In this document: piece by piece, positions 23,901-38,900 of the stretch
How positions within the stretch are numbered: the stretch's first letter is position 1
Layout: each line of letters opens with the position of its first letter
Assembly: GCA_964016885.1 (NCBI GenBank)
Contig: OZ024745.1
Span: 12,214,001 to 12,278,000, forward strand
Direction of reading: 5' to 3'
Origin: Eledone cirrhosa
Taxonomy: Eukaryota
Length of the DNA: 64,000 nt
The notes under the pieces: generated by a model
Told to the model about the DNA's origin: nothing
Database searches by the model: none
Seen by the model: the letters and a program-made list of their open reading frames with translations, nothing else
Translations under genes and position numbers: made by a program

Positions 23901-26900
23901 CTGTAACTCACCAATATTGAAGTATGTCATCTCTCTAGTGGACTGTAACTCACCAATATTGAAGTTTGTCATCTCACTAGTAGACTGTAACTCACCAATA
24001 TTGAAGTATGTCATCTCTCTAGTAGACTGTAACTCACCAATATTGAAGTATGTCATCTCTCTAGTAGACTGTAACTCACCAATATTGAAGTATGTCATCT
24101 CACTAGTAGACAGTAACTCACCAATATTGAAGTATGTCATCTCTCTAGTAGACTGTAACTCACCAATATTGAAGTATGTCATCTCTCTAGTAGACTGTAA
24201 CTCACCAATATTGAAGTATGTCATCTCTCTAACAGACTGTATCTCACCAATATTGAAGTATGTCATCTCTCTAGTAGACTGTAACTCACCAATATTGAAG
24301 TATGTCATCTCTCTAGTAGACTGTAACTAACCAATATTGAAGTGTGTCATCTGTCTAGTAGACTGTAACTCACCAATATTGAAGTATGTCATCTCTCTAG
24401 TGGACTGTAACTCACCAATATTGAAGTATGTCATCTCTCTAGTAGACTGTGACTCACCAATATTGAAGTATGTCATCTCTCTAGTAGACTGTAACTCACC
24501 AATATTGAAGTATGTCATCTCTCTAGTAGACTGTAACTCACCAATATTGAAGTATGTCATCTCTCTAGTAGATTGTAACTCACCAATATTGAAGTAAGTC
24601 ATCTCTCTAGTGGATTGTAACTAACCAATATTGAAGGATGGCATCTCTCTAGTGGACTGTAACTCACCAATATTGAAGTATGTCATCTCTCTAGTAGACT
24701 GTAACTCACCAATATTGAAGTATGTCATCTCTCTAGTAGACTGTAACTCACCAATATAGAAGTATGTCATCTCTCTAGTAGACTGTAACTCACCAATATT
24801 GAAGTATGTCATCTCTCTAGTAGACTGTAACTCACCAATACTGAAGTATGTCATCTCTCTAGTAGACTGTAACTCACCAATATTGAAGTATGTCATCTCT
24901 CTAGTAGACTGTAACTCACCAATATTGAAGTGTGTCATCTCTCTAGTAGACTGTAACTCACCAATATTGAAGTATGTCATCTCTCTAGTGGACTGTAACT
25001 CACCAATATTGAAGTATGTCATCTTTCTAGTAGACTGTAACTCACGAATATTGAAGTATGTCATCTCTCTAATAGACTGTAACTCACCAATATTGAAGTA
25101 TGTCATCTCTCTGGTAGACTGTAACTCACCAATATTGAAGTATGTCATCTCTCTAGTAGACTGTAACTCACCAATATTGAAGTATGTCATCTCTCTAATA
25201 GACTGTAACTCACCAATATTGAAGTATCTCATCTCTCTAGTAGACTGTAACTCACCAATATTGAAGTATGTCATCTCTCTAGTAGACTGTAACTCACCAA
25301 TATTGAAGTATGTCATCTCTCTAGTAGACTGTAACTCACCAATATTGAAGTATGTCATCTCTCTAACAGACTGTAACGCACCAATACTGAAGTATGTCAT
25401 CTCTCTAGTAGACTGTAACTCACCAATATTGAAGTATGTCATCTCTCTAGTAGACTGTAACTCACCAATATTGAAGTGTGTCATCTCTCTAGTAGACTGT
25501 AACTCACCAATATTGAAGTATGTCATCTCTCTAGTGGACTGTAACTCACCAATATTGAAGAATGTCATCTCTCTAGTAGACTGTAACTCACCAATATTGA
25601 AGTAGGGCATCTCTCTAGTAGACTGTAACTCACCAATATTGAAGTATGTCATCTCACTAGTGGACTGTAACTCACCAATATTGAAGTATGTCATCTCTCT
25701 AGTAGACTGTAACTCACCAATATTGAAGTATGTCATCTCACTAGTGGACTGTAACTCACCAATATTGAAGTATGTCATCTCTCTAGTAGACTGTAACTCA
25801 CCAATATTGAAGTATGTCATCTTTCTAGTAGATTGTACTTCACCAATACTGAAGTATGTCATCTCTCTAGTAGACTGTAACTCACCAATATTGAAGTATG
25901 TCATCTCTCTAATAGACTGTAACTCACCAATATTGAAGTATGTCATCTCACTAGTAGACTGTAACTCACCAATATTGAAGTATGTCATCTCTCTAGTAGA
26001 CTGTAACTCACCAATATTGAAGTATGTCATCTCTCTAATAGACTGTAACTCACCAATATTGAAGTATGTCATCTCTCTAGTAGACTGTAACTCATCAATA
26101 TTGAAGTATGTCATCTCTCTAGTAGACTGTAACTCACCAATATTGAAGTATGTCATCACTCTAGTAGACTGTAACTCACCAATATTGAAGTATGTCATCT
26201 CTCTAGTAGACTGTAACTCATCAATATTGAAGAATGTCATTTCTCTAGTGGACTGTAACTCACCAATATTGAAGTATGTCATCTCTCTAGTAGACTGTAA
26301 CTCACCAATATTGAAGTATGTCATCTCTCTAGTAGACTGTAACTCACCAATATTGAAGTATGTCATCTCTCTAACAGACTGTAACGCACCAATACTGAAG
26401 TATGTCATCTCTCTAGTAGACTGTAACTCACCAATATTGAAGTATGTCATCTCTCTAGTAGACTGTAACTCACCAATATTGAAGTGTGTCATCTCTCTAG
26501 TAGACTGTAACTCACCAATATTGAAGTATGTCATCTCTCTAGTGGACTGTAACTCACCAATATTGAAGAATGTCATCTCTCTAGTAGACTGTAACTCACC
26601 AATATTGAAGTATGTCATCTCTCTAGTGGACTGTAACTCACCAATATTGAAGTATGTCATCTCTCTATAAAACTGTAACTCACCAATATTGAAGTATGTC
26701 ATCTCACTAGTGGACTGTAACTCACCAATATTGAAGTATGTCATCTCTCTAGTAGACTGTAACTCACCAATATTGAAGTATGTCATCTCACTAGTGGACT
26801 GTAACTCACCAATATTGAAGTATGTCATCTCTCTAGTAGACTGTAACTCACCAATATTGAAGTATGTCATCTTTCTAGTAGATTGTACTTCACCAATACT

Positions 26901-29900
26901 GAAGTATGTCATCTCTCTAGTAGACTGTAACTCACCAATATTGAAGTATGTCATCTCTCTAATAGACTGTAACTCACCAATATTGAAGTATGTCATCTCA
27001 CTAGTAGACTGTAACTCACCAATATTGAAGTATGTCATCTCTCTAGTAGACTGTAACTCACCAATATTGAAGTATGTCATCTCTCTAATAGACTGTAACT
27101 CACCAATATTGAAGTATGTCATCTCTCTAATAGACTGTAACTCACCAATATTGAAGTATGTCATCTCTCTAGTAGACTGTAACTCATCAATATTGAAGTA
27201 TGTCATTTCTCTAATAGACTGTAACTCACCAATATTGAAGTATGTCATCTCTCTAATAGACTGTAACTCACCAATATTGAAGTATGTCATCTCACTAGTA
27301 GACTGTAACTCACCAATATTGAAGTATGTCATCACTCTAGTAGACTGTAACTCACCAATATTGAAGTATGTCATCTCTCTAGTAGACTGTAACTCATCAA
27401 TATTGAAGAATGTCATCTCTCTAGTGGACTGTAACTCACCAATATTGAAGTATGTCATCTCTCTAGTAGACTGTAACTCACCAATATTGACGTTTGTCAT
27501 CTCACTAGTAGACTGTAACTCACCAATATTGAAGTATGTCATCTCTCTAGTGGACTGTAACTCACCAATATTGAAGTTTGTCATCTCACTAGTAGACTGT
27601 AACTCACCAATATTGAAGTATGTCATCTCTCTAGTAGACTGTAACTCACCAATATTGAAGTATGTCATCTCTCTAGTAGACTGTAACTCACCAATATTGA
27701 AGTATGTCATCTCACTAGTAGACAGTAACTCACCAATATTGAAGTATGTCATCTCTCTAGTAGACTGTAACTCACCAATATTGAAGTATGTCATCTCTCT
27801 AGTGGACTGTAACTCACCAATATTGAAGTTTGTCATCTCACTAGTAGACAGTAACTCACCAATATTGAAGTATGTCATCTCTCTAGTGGACTGTAACTCA
27901 CCAATATTGAAGTATGTCATCTCTCTAGTGGACTGTAACTCACCAATATTGAAGTTTGTCATCTCACTAGTAGACTGTAACTCACCAATATTGAAGTATG
28001 TCATCTCTCTAGTAGACTGTAACTCACCAATATTGAAGTATGTCATCTCTCTAGTAGACTGTAACTCACCAATATTGAAGTATGTCATCTCACTAGTAGA
28101 CAGTAACTCACCAATATTGAAGTATGTCATCTCTCTAGTAGACTGTAACTCACCAATATTGAAGTATGTCATCTCTCTAGTAGACTGTAACTCACCAATA
28201 TTGAAGTATGTCATCTCTCTAACAGACTGTATCTCACCAATATTGAAGTATGTCATCTCTCTAGTAGACTGTAACTCACCAATATTGAAGTATGTCATCT
28301 CTCTAGTAGACTGTAACTAACCAATATTGAAGTGTGTCATCTGTCTAGTAGACTGTAACTCACCAATATTGAAGTATGTCATCTCTCTAGTGGACTGTAA
28401 CTCACCAATATTGAAGTATGTCATCTCTCTAGTAGACTGTGACTCACCAATATTGAAGTATGTCATCTCTCTAGTAGACTGTAACTCACCAATATTGAAG
28501 TATGTCATCTCTCTAGTAGACTGTAACTCACCAATATTGAAGTATGTCATCTCTCTAGTAGATTGTAACTCACCAATATTGAAGTAAGTCATCTCTCTAG
28601 TGGATTGTAACTAACCAATATTGAAGGATGGCATCTCTCTAGTGGACTGTAACTCACCAATATTGAAGTATGTCATCTCTCTAGTAGACTGTAACTCACC
28701 AATATTGAAGTATGTCATCTCTCTAGTAGACTGTAACTCACCAATATAGAAGTATGTCATCTCTCTAGTAGACTGTAACTCACCAATATTGAAGTATGTC
28801 ATCTCTCTAGTAGACTGTAACTCACCAATACTGAAGTATGTCATCTCTCTAGTAGACTGTAACTCACCAATATTGAAGTATGTCATCTCTCTAGTAGACT
28901 GTAACTCACCAATATTGAAGTGTGTCATCTCTCTAGTAGACTGTAACTCACCAATATTGAAGTATGTCATCTCTCTAGTGGACTGTAACTCACCAATATT
29001 GAAGTATGTCATCTTTCTAGTAGACTGTAACTCACGAATATTGAAGTATGTCATCTCTCTAATAGACTGTAACTCACCAATATTGAAGTATGTCATCTCT
29101 CTGGTAGACTGTAACTCACCAATATTGAAGTATGTCATCTCTCTAGTAGACTGTAACTCACCAATATTGAAGTATGTCATCTCTCTAATAGACTGTAACT
29201 CACCAATATTGAAGTATCTCATCTCTCTAGTAGACTGTAACTCACCAATATTGAAGTATGTCATCTCTCTAGTAGACTGTAACTCACCAATATTGAAGTA
29301 TGTCATCTCTCTAGTAGACTGTAACTCACCAATATTGAAGTATGTCATCTCTCTAACAGACTGTAACGCACCAATACTGAAGTATGTCATCTCTCTAGTA
29401 GACTGTAACTCACCAATATTGAAGTATGTCATCTCTCTAGTAGACTGTAACTCACCAATATTGAAGTGTGTCATCTCTCTAGTAGACTGTAACTCACCAA
29501 TATTGAAGTATGTCATCTCTCTAGTGGACTGTAACTCACCAATATTGAAGAATGTCATCTCTCTAGTAGACTGTAACTCACCAATATTGAAGTAGGGCAT
29601 CTCTCTAGTAGACTGTAACTCACCAATATTGAAGTATGTCATCTCACTAGTGGACTGTAACTCACCAATATTGAAGTATGTCATCTCTCTAGTAGACTGT
29701 AACTCACCAATATTGAAGTATGTCATCTCACTAGTGGACTGTAACTCACCAATATTGAAGTATGTCATCTCTCTAGTAGACTGTAACTCACCAATATTGA
29801 AGTATGTCATCTTTCTAGTAGATTGTACTTCACCAATACTGAAGTATGTCATCTCTCTAGTAGACTGTAACTCACCAATATTGAAGTATGTCATCTCTCT

Positions 29901-32900
29901 AATAGACTGTAACTCACCAATATTGAAGTATGTCATCTCACTAGTAGACTGTAACTCACCAATATTGAAGTATGTCATCTCTCTAGTAGACTGTAACTCA
30001 CCAATATTGAAGTATGTCATCTCTCTAATAGACTGTAACTCACCAATATTGAAGTATGTCATCTCTCTAGTAGACTGTAACTCATCAATATTGAAGTATG
30101 TCATCTCTCTAGTAGACTGTAACTCACCAATATTGAAGTATGTCATCACTCTAGTAGACTGTAACTCACCAATATTGAAGTATGTCATCTCTCTAGTAGA
30201 CTGTAACTCATCAATATTGAAGAATGTCATTTCTCTAGTGGACTGTAACTCACCAATATTGAAGTATGTCATCTATCTAGTAGACTGTAACTCAACAATA
30301 TTGAAGTTTGTCATCTCACTAGTAGACTGTAACTCACCAATATTGAAGTATGTCATATCTCTAGTGGACTGTAACTCACCAATATTGAAGTTTGTCATCT
30401 CACTAGTAGACTGTAACTCACCAATATTGAAGTATGTCATCTCTCTAGTAGACTGTAACTCACCAATATTGAAGTATGTCATCTCACTAGTAGACAGTAA
30501 CTCACCAATATTGAAGTATGTCATCTCTCTAGTAGACTGTAACTCACCAATATTGAAGTATGTCATCTCTCTAACAGACTGTAACTCACCAATATTGAAG
30601 TATGTCATCTCTCTAACAGACTGTAACTCACCAATATTGAAGTATGTCATCTCTCTAACAGACTGTATCTCACCAATATTGAAGTATGTCATCTCTCTAG
30701 TAGACTGTAACTCACCAATATTGAAGTATGTCATCTCTCTAGTAGACTGTAACTAACCAATATTGAAGTGTGTCATCTCTCTAGTAGACTGTAACTCACC
30801 AATATTGAAGTATGTCATCTCTCTAGTGGACTGTAACTCACCAATATTGAAGTATGTCATCTCTCTAGTAGACTGTAACTCACCAATATTGAAGGATGTC
30901 ATCTCTCTAACAGACTGTAACTCACCAATATTGAAGTATGTCATCTCTCTAGTAGACTGTAACTCACCAATATTGAAGTATGTCATCTCTCTAATAGACT
31001 GTAACTCACCAATATTGAAGTATGTCATCTCTCTAGTGGACTGTAACTCACCAATACCGAAGTATGTCATCTCTCTAACAGACTGTAACTCACCAATATT
31101 GAAGTATGTCATCTCTCTAGTGGAGTGTAACTCACCAATATTGAAGTATGTCATCTCTCTAACAGTCTGTAACTCACCAATACTGAAGTATGTCATCTCG
31201 CTAGTAGACTGTAACTCACCAATATTGAAGTATGTCATCTCTCTAGTAGACTGTAACTCACCAATATTGAAGTATGTCATCTCTCTAGTAGACTGTAACT
31301 CACCAATATTGAAGTATGTCATCTCTCTAGTGGACTGTAACTCACCAATATTGAAGTATGTCATCTCTCTAACAGACTGTAACTCACCAATATTGAAGTA
31401 TGTCATCTCTCTAGTAGACTGTAACTCATCAATATTGAAGAATGTCATTTCTCTAGTGGACTGTAACTCACCAATATTGAAGTATGTCATCTCTCTAGTA
31501 GACTGTAACTCAACAATATTGAAGTTTGTCATCTCACTAGTAGACTGTAACTCACCAATATTGAAGTATGTCATATCTCTAGTGGACTGTAACTCACCAA
31601 TATTGAAGTTTGTCATCTCACTAGTAGACTGTAACTCACCAATATTGAAGTATGTCATCTCTCTAGTAGACTGTAACTCACCAATATTGAAGTATGTCAT
31701 CTCTCTAGTAGACTGTAACTCACCAATATTGAAGTATGTCATCTCACTAGTAGACAGTAACTCACCAATATTGAAGTATGTCATCTCTCTAGTAGACTGT
31801 AACTCACCAATATTGAAGTATGTCATCTCTCTAACAGACTGTAACTCACCAATATTGAAGTATGTCATCTCTCTAACAGACTGTAACTCACCAATATTGA
31901 AGTATGTCATCTCTCTAACAGACTGTATCTCACCAATATTGAAGTATGTCATCTCTCTAGTAGACTGTAACTCACCAATATTGAAGTATGTCATCTCTCT
32001 AGTAGACTGTAACTAACCAATATTGAAGTGTGTCATCTCTCTAGTAGACTGTAACTCACCAATATTGAAGTATGTCATCTCTCTAGTGGACTGTAACTCA
32101 CCAATATTGAAGTATGTCATCTCTCTAGTAGACTGTGACTCACCAATATTGAAGTATGTCATCTCTCTAGTAGACTGTAACTCACCAATATTGAAGTATG
32201 TCATCTCTCTAGTAGACTGTAACTCACCAATATTGAAGTATGTCATCTCTCTAGTAGATTGTAACTCACCAATATTGAAGTAAGTCATCTCTCTAGTGGA
32301 TTGTAACTAACCAATATTGAAGGATGGCATCTCTCTAGTGGACTGTAACTCACCGATATTGAAGTGTCATCTCTCTAGTAGACTGTAACTCACCAATATT
32401 GAAGTATGTCATCTCTCTAGTAGACTGTAACTCACCAATATTGAAGTATGTCATCTCTCTAGTAGACTGTAACTCACCAATATAGAAGTATGTCATCTCT
32501 CTAGTAGACTGTAACTCACCAATATTGAAGTATGTCATCTCTCTAGTAGACTGTAACTCACCAATACTGAAGTATGTCATCTCTCTAGTAGACTGTAACT
32601 CACCAATATTGAAGTATGTCATCTCTCTAGTAGACTGTAACTCACCAATATTGAAGTGTGTCATCTCTCTAGTAGACTGTAACTCACCAATATTGAAGTA
32701 TGTCATCTCTCTAGTGGACTGTAACTCACCAATATTGAAGTATGTCATCTTTCTAGTAGACTGTAACTCACCAATATTGAAGTATGTCATCTCTCTAGTA
32801 GACTGTAACTCACCAATATTGAAGTATGTCATCTCTCTAGTAGACGGTAACTCACCAATAGTGAAGTATGTCATCTCTCTAGTAGATTGTAACTCACCAA

Positions 32901-35900
32901 TATTGAAGTATGTCATCTCTCTAGTGAATTGTAACTAACCAATAATGAAGGATGGCATCTCTCTAGTGGACTGTAACTCACCAATATTGAAGTATGTCAT
33001 CTCTCTAGTAGACTGTAACTCACCAATATTGAAGTATGTCATCTCTCTAGTAGAATGTAACTCACCAATATTGAAGTATGTCATCTCTCTAGTAGATTGT
33101 AACTCACCAATATTGAAGTATGTCATCTCTCTAGTAGACTGTAACTCACCAATATTGAAGTATCTCATCTCTCTAGTAGACTGTAACTCACCAATATTGA
33201 AGTATGTCATCTCTCTAGTAGACTGTAACTCACCAATATTGAAGTATGTCATCTCTCTAGTAGACTGTAACTCACCAATATTGAAGTATGTCATCTCTCT
33301 AGTAGACTGTAACTCACCAATATTGAAGTATGTCATCTCTCTAGCAGACTGTAACTCACCAATATTGAAGTATGTCATCTCTCTAGTAGACTGTAACTCA
33401 CCAATATTGAAGTATGTCATCTCTCTAGTAGACTGTAACTCACCAATATTGAAGTATGTCATCTCTCTAGTAGACTGTAACTCACCAATATTGAAGTATG
33501 TCATCTCTCTAGTGGACTGTAACTCACCAATATTGAAGTATGTCATCTCTCTAGTGGACTGTAACTCACCAATATTGAAGTATGTCATCTCTCTAGTGGA
33601 CTGTAACTCACCAATATTGAAGAATGTCATCTCTCTAGTAGACTGTAACTCACCAATATTGAAGTAGGGCATCTCTCTAGTAGACTGTAACTCACCAATA
33701 TTGAAGTATGTCATCTCTCTAGTCGACTGTAACTCACCAATATTGAAGTATGTCATCTCACTAGTGGACTGTAACTCACCAATATTGAAGTATGTCATCT
33801 CTCTAGTAGACTGTAACTCACCAATATTGAAGTATGTCATCTCACTAGTGGACTGTAACTCACCAATATTAAAGTATGTCATCTCTCTAGTAGACTGTAA
33901 CTCACCAGTATTGAAGTATGTCATCTCTCTAGTAGATTGTACCTCACCAATACTGAAGTATGTCATCTCTCTAGTAGACTGTAACTCACCAATATTGAAG
34001 TATGTCATCTCTCTAGTAGAGTGTAACTCACCAATATTGAAGTATGTCATCTCTCTAGTAGACTGTAACTCACCAATATTGAAGTATGTCATCTCTCTAG
34101 TGGACTGTAACTCACCAATATTGAAGTATGTCATCCCTCTAGTGGACTGTAACTCACAAATATTGAAGTATGTCATCTCTCTAGTAGACTGTACCTCACG
34201 AATATTGAAGTATGTCATCTCTCTAGTAGACTGTAACTCACCAATATTGAAGTATGTCATCTCTCTAATAGACTGTAACTCACCAATATTGAAGTATGTC
34301 ATCTCTCTGGTAGACTGTAACTCTCCAATATTGAAGTATGTCATCTCTCTAGTAGACTGTAACTCACCAATATTGAAGTATGTCATCTCTCTAATAGACT
34401 GTAACTCACCAATATTGAAGTATCTCATCTCTCTAGTAGACTGTAACTCACCAGTATTGAAGTATGTCATCTCTCTAGTAGACTGTAACTCACCAATATT
34501 GAAGTATGTCATCTCTCTAGTAGACTGTAACTCACCAATATTGAAGTATGTCATCTCTCTAACAGACTGTAACGCACCAATACTGAAGTATGTCATCTCT
34601 CTAGTAGACTGTAACTCACCAATATTGAAGTATGTCATCTCTCTAGTAGACTGTAACTCACCAATATTGAAGTGTGTCATCTCTCTAGTAGACTGTAACT
34701 CACCAATATTGAAGTATGTCATCTCTCTAGTGGACTGTAACTCACCAATATTGAAGAATGTCATCTCTCTAGTAGACTGTAACTCACCAATATTGAAGTA
34801 TGTCATCTCTCTAGTGGACCGTAACTCACCAATATTGAAGTATGTCATCTCTCTATAAAACTGTAACTCACCAATATTGAAGTATGTCATCTCACTAGTG
34901 GACTGTAACTCACCAATATTGAAGTATGTCATCTCTCTAGTAGACTGTTACTCACCAATATTGAAGTATGTCATCTCACTAGTGGACTGTAACTCACCAA
35001 TATTGAAGTATGTCATCTCTCTAGTAGACTGTAACTCACCAATATTGAAGTATGTCATCTTTCTAGTAGATTGTACTTCACCAATACTGAAGTATGTCAT
35101 CTCTCTAGTAGACTGTAACTCACCAATATTGAAGTATGTCATCTCTCTAATAGACTGTAACTCACCAATATTGAAGTATGTCATCTCACTAGTAGACTGT
35201 AACTCACCAATATTGAAGTATGTCATCTCTCTAGTAGACTGTAACTCACCAATATTGAAGTATGTCATCTCTCTAATAGACTGTAACTCACCAATATTGA
35301 AGTATGTCATCTCTCTAGTAGACTGTAACTCATCAATATTGAAGTATGTCATCTCTCTAGTAGACTGTAACTCACCAATATTGAAGTATGTCATCACTCT
35401 AGTAGACTGTAACTCACCAATATTGAAGTATGTCATCTCTCTAGTAGACTGTAACTCATCAATATTGAAGAATGTCATCTCTCTAGTGGACTGTAACTCA
35501 CCAATATTGAAGTATGTCATCTCTCTAGTAGACTGTAACTCACCAATATTGACGTTTGTCATCTCACTAGTAGACTGTAACTCACCAATATTGAAGTATG
35601 TCATCTCTCTAGTGGACTGTAACTCACCAATATTGAAGTTTGTCATCTCACTAGTAGACTGTAACTCACCAATATTGAAGTATGTCATCTCTCTAGTAGA
35701 CTGTAACTCACCAATATTGAAGTATGTCATCTCTCTAGTAGACTGTAACTCACCAATATTGAAGTATGTCATCTCTCTAGTGGACTGTAACTCACCAATA
35801 TTGAAGTATGTCATCTCTCTAATAGACTGTAACTCACCGATATTGAAGTATGTCATCTCACTAGTAGACAGTAACTCACCAATATTGAAGTATGTCATCT

Positions 35901-38900
35901 CTCTAGTAGACTGTAACTCACCAATATTGAAGTATGTCATCTCTCTAGTAGACTGTAACTCACCAATATTGAAGTATGTCATCTCTCTAGTAGACTGTAA
36001 CTCACCAATATTGAAGTATGTCATCTCTCTAATAGACTGTAACTCACCGATATTGAAGTATGTCATCTCACTAGTAGACAGTAACTCACCAATATTGAAG
36101 TATGTCATCTCTCTAGTAGACTGTAACTCACCAATATTGAAGTATGTCATCTCTCTAGTAGACTGTAACTCACCAATATTGAAGTATGTCATCTCTCTAA
36201 CAGAATGTAACTCACCAATATTGAAGTATGTCATCTCTCTAGTAGACTGTAACTCACCAATATTGAAGTATGTCATCTCTCTAACAGACTGTAACTCACC
36301 AATATTGAAGTATGTCATCTCTCAAATAGACTGTAACTCACCAATATTGAAGTATGTCATCTCTCTAACAGACTGTATCTCACCAATATTGAAGTATGTC
36401 ATCTCTCTAGTAGACTGTAACTCACCAATATTGAAGTATGTCATCTCTCTAGTAGACTGTAACTAACCAATATTGAAGTGTGTCATCTGTCTAGTAGACT
36501 GTAACTCACCAATATTGAAGTATGTCATCTCTCTAGTGGACGGTAACTCACCAATATTGAAGTATGTCATCTCTCTAGTAGACTGTGACTCACCAATATT
36601 GAAGTATGTCATCTCTCTAGTAGACTGTAACTCACCAATATTGAAGTATGTCATCTCTCTAGTAGACTGTAACTCACCAATATTGAAGTATGTCATCTCT
36701 CTAGTAGATTGTAACTCACCAATATTGAAGTAAGTCATCTCTCTAGTGGATTGTAACTAACCAATATTGAAGGATGGCATCTCTCTAGTGGACTGTAACT
36801 CACCAATATTGAAGTGTCATCTCTCTAGTAGACTGTAACTCACCAATATTGAAGTATGTCATCTCTCTAGTAGACTGTAACTCACCAATATTGAAGTATG
36901 TCATCTCTCTAGTAGACTGTAACTCACCAATATAGAAGTATGTCATCTCTCTAGTAGACTGTAACTCACCAATATTGAAGTATGTCATCTCTCTAGTAGA
37001 CTGTAACTCACCAATACTGAAGTATGTCATCTCTCTAGTAGACTGTAACTCACCAATATTGAAGTATGCCATCTCTCTAGTAGACTGTAAGTCACCAATA
37101 TTGAAGTGTGTCATCTCTCTAGTAGACTGTAACTCACCAATATTGAAGTATGTCATCTCTCTAGTGGACTGTAACTCACCAATATTGAAGTATGTCATCT
37201 TTCTAGTAGACTGTAACTCACGAATATTGAAGTATGTCATCTCTCTAATAGACTGTAACTCACCAATATTGAAGTATGTCATCTCTCTGGTAGACTGTAA
37301 CTCACCAATATTGAAGTATGTCATCTCTCTAGTAGACTGTAACTCACCAATATTGAAGTATGTCATCTCTCTAATAGACTGTAACTCACCAATATTGAAG
37401 TATCTCATCTCTCTAGTAGATTGTAACTCACCAATATTGAAGTATGTCATCTCTCTAGTAGACTGTAACTCACCAATATTGAAGTATGTCATCTCTCTAG
37501 TAGACTGTAACTCACCAATATTGAAGTATGTCATCTCTCTAACAGACTGTAACGTACCAATATTGAAGTATGTCATCTCTCTAGTAGACTGTAACTCACC
37601 AATATTGAAGTATGTCATCTCTCTAGTAGACTGTAACTCACCAATATTGAAGTGTGTCATCTCTCTAGTAGACTGTAACTCACCAATATTGAAGTATGTC
37701 ATCTCTCTAGTGGACTGTAACTCACCAATATTGAAGAATGTCATCTCTCTAGTAGACTGTAACTCACCAATATTGAAGTAGGGCATCTCTCTAGTAGACT
37801 GTAACTCACCAATATTGAAGTATGTCATCTCACTAGTGGACTGTAACTCACCAATATTGAAGTATGTCATCTCTCTAGTAGACTGTAACTCACCAATATT
37901 GAAGTATGTCATCTCACTAGTGGACTGTAACTCACCAATATTGAAGTATGTCATCTCTCTAGTAGACTGTAACTCACCAATATTGAAGTATGTCATCTTT
38001 CTAGTAGATTGTACTTCACCAATACTGAAGTATGTCATCTCTCTAGTAGACTGTAACTCACCAATATTGAAGTATGTCATCTCTCTAATAGACTGTAACT
38101 CACCAATATTGAAGTATGTCATCTCACTAGTAGACTGTAACTCACCAATATTGAAGTATGTCATCTCTCTAGTAGACTGTAACTCACCAATATTGAAGTA
38201 TGTCATCTCTCTAATAGACTGTAACTCACCAATATTGAAGTATGTCATCTCTCTAGTAGACTGTAACTCATCAATATTGAAGTATGTCATCTCTCTAGTA
38301 GACTGTAACTCACCAATATTGAAGTATGTCATCACTCTAGTAGACTGTAACTCACCAATATTGAAGTATGTCATCTCTCTAGTAGACTGTAACTCATCAA
38401 TATTGAAGAATGTCATTTCTCTAGTGGACTGTAACTCACCAATATTGAAGTATGTCATCTCTCTAGTAGACTGTAACTCAACAATATTTAAGTTTGTCAT
38501 CTCACTAGTAGACTGTAACTCACCAATATTGAAGTATGTCATATCTCTAGTGGACTGTAACTCACCAATATTGAAGTTTGTCATCTCACTAGTAGACTGT
38601 AACTCACCAATATTGAAGTATGTCATCTCTCTAGTAGACTGTAACTCACCAATATTGAAGTATGTCATCTCACTAGTAGACAGTAACTCACCAATATTGA
38701 AGTATGTCATCTCTCTAGTAGACTGTAACTCACCAATATTGAAGTATGTCATCTCTCTAACAGACTGTAACTCACCAATATTGAAGTATGTCATCTCTCT
38801 AACAGACTGTAACTCACCAATATTGAAGTATGTCATCTCTCTAACAGACTGTATCTCACCAATATTGAAGTATGTCATCTCTCTAGTAGACTGTAACTCA

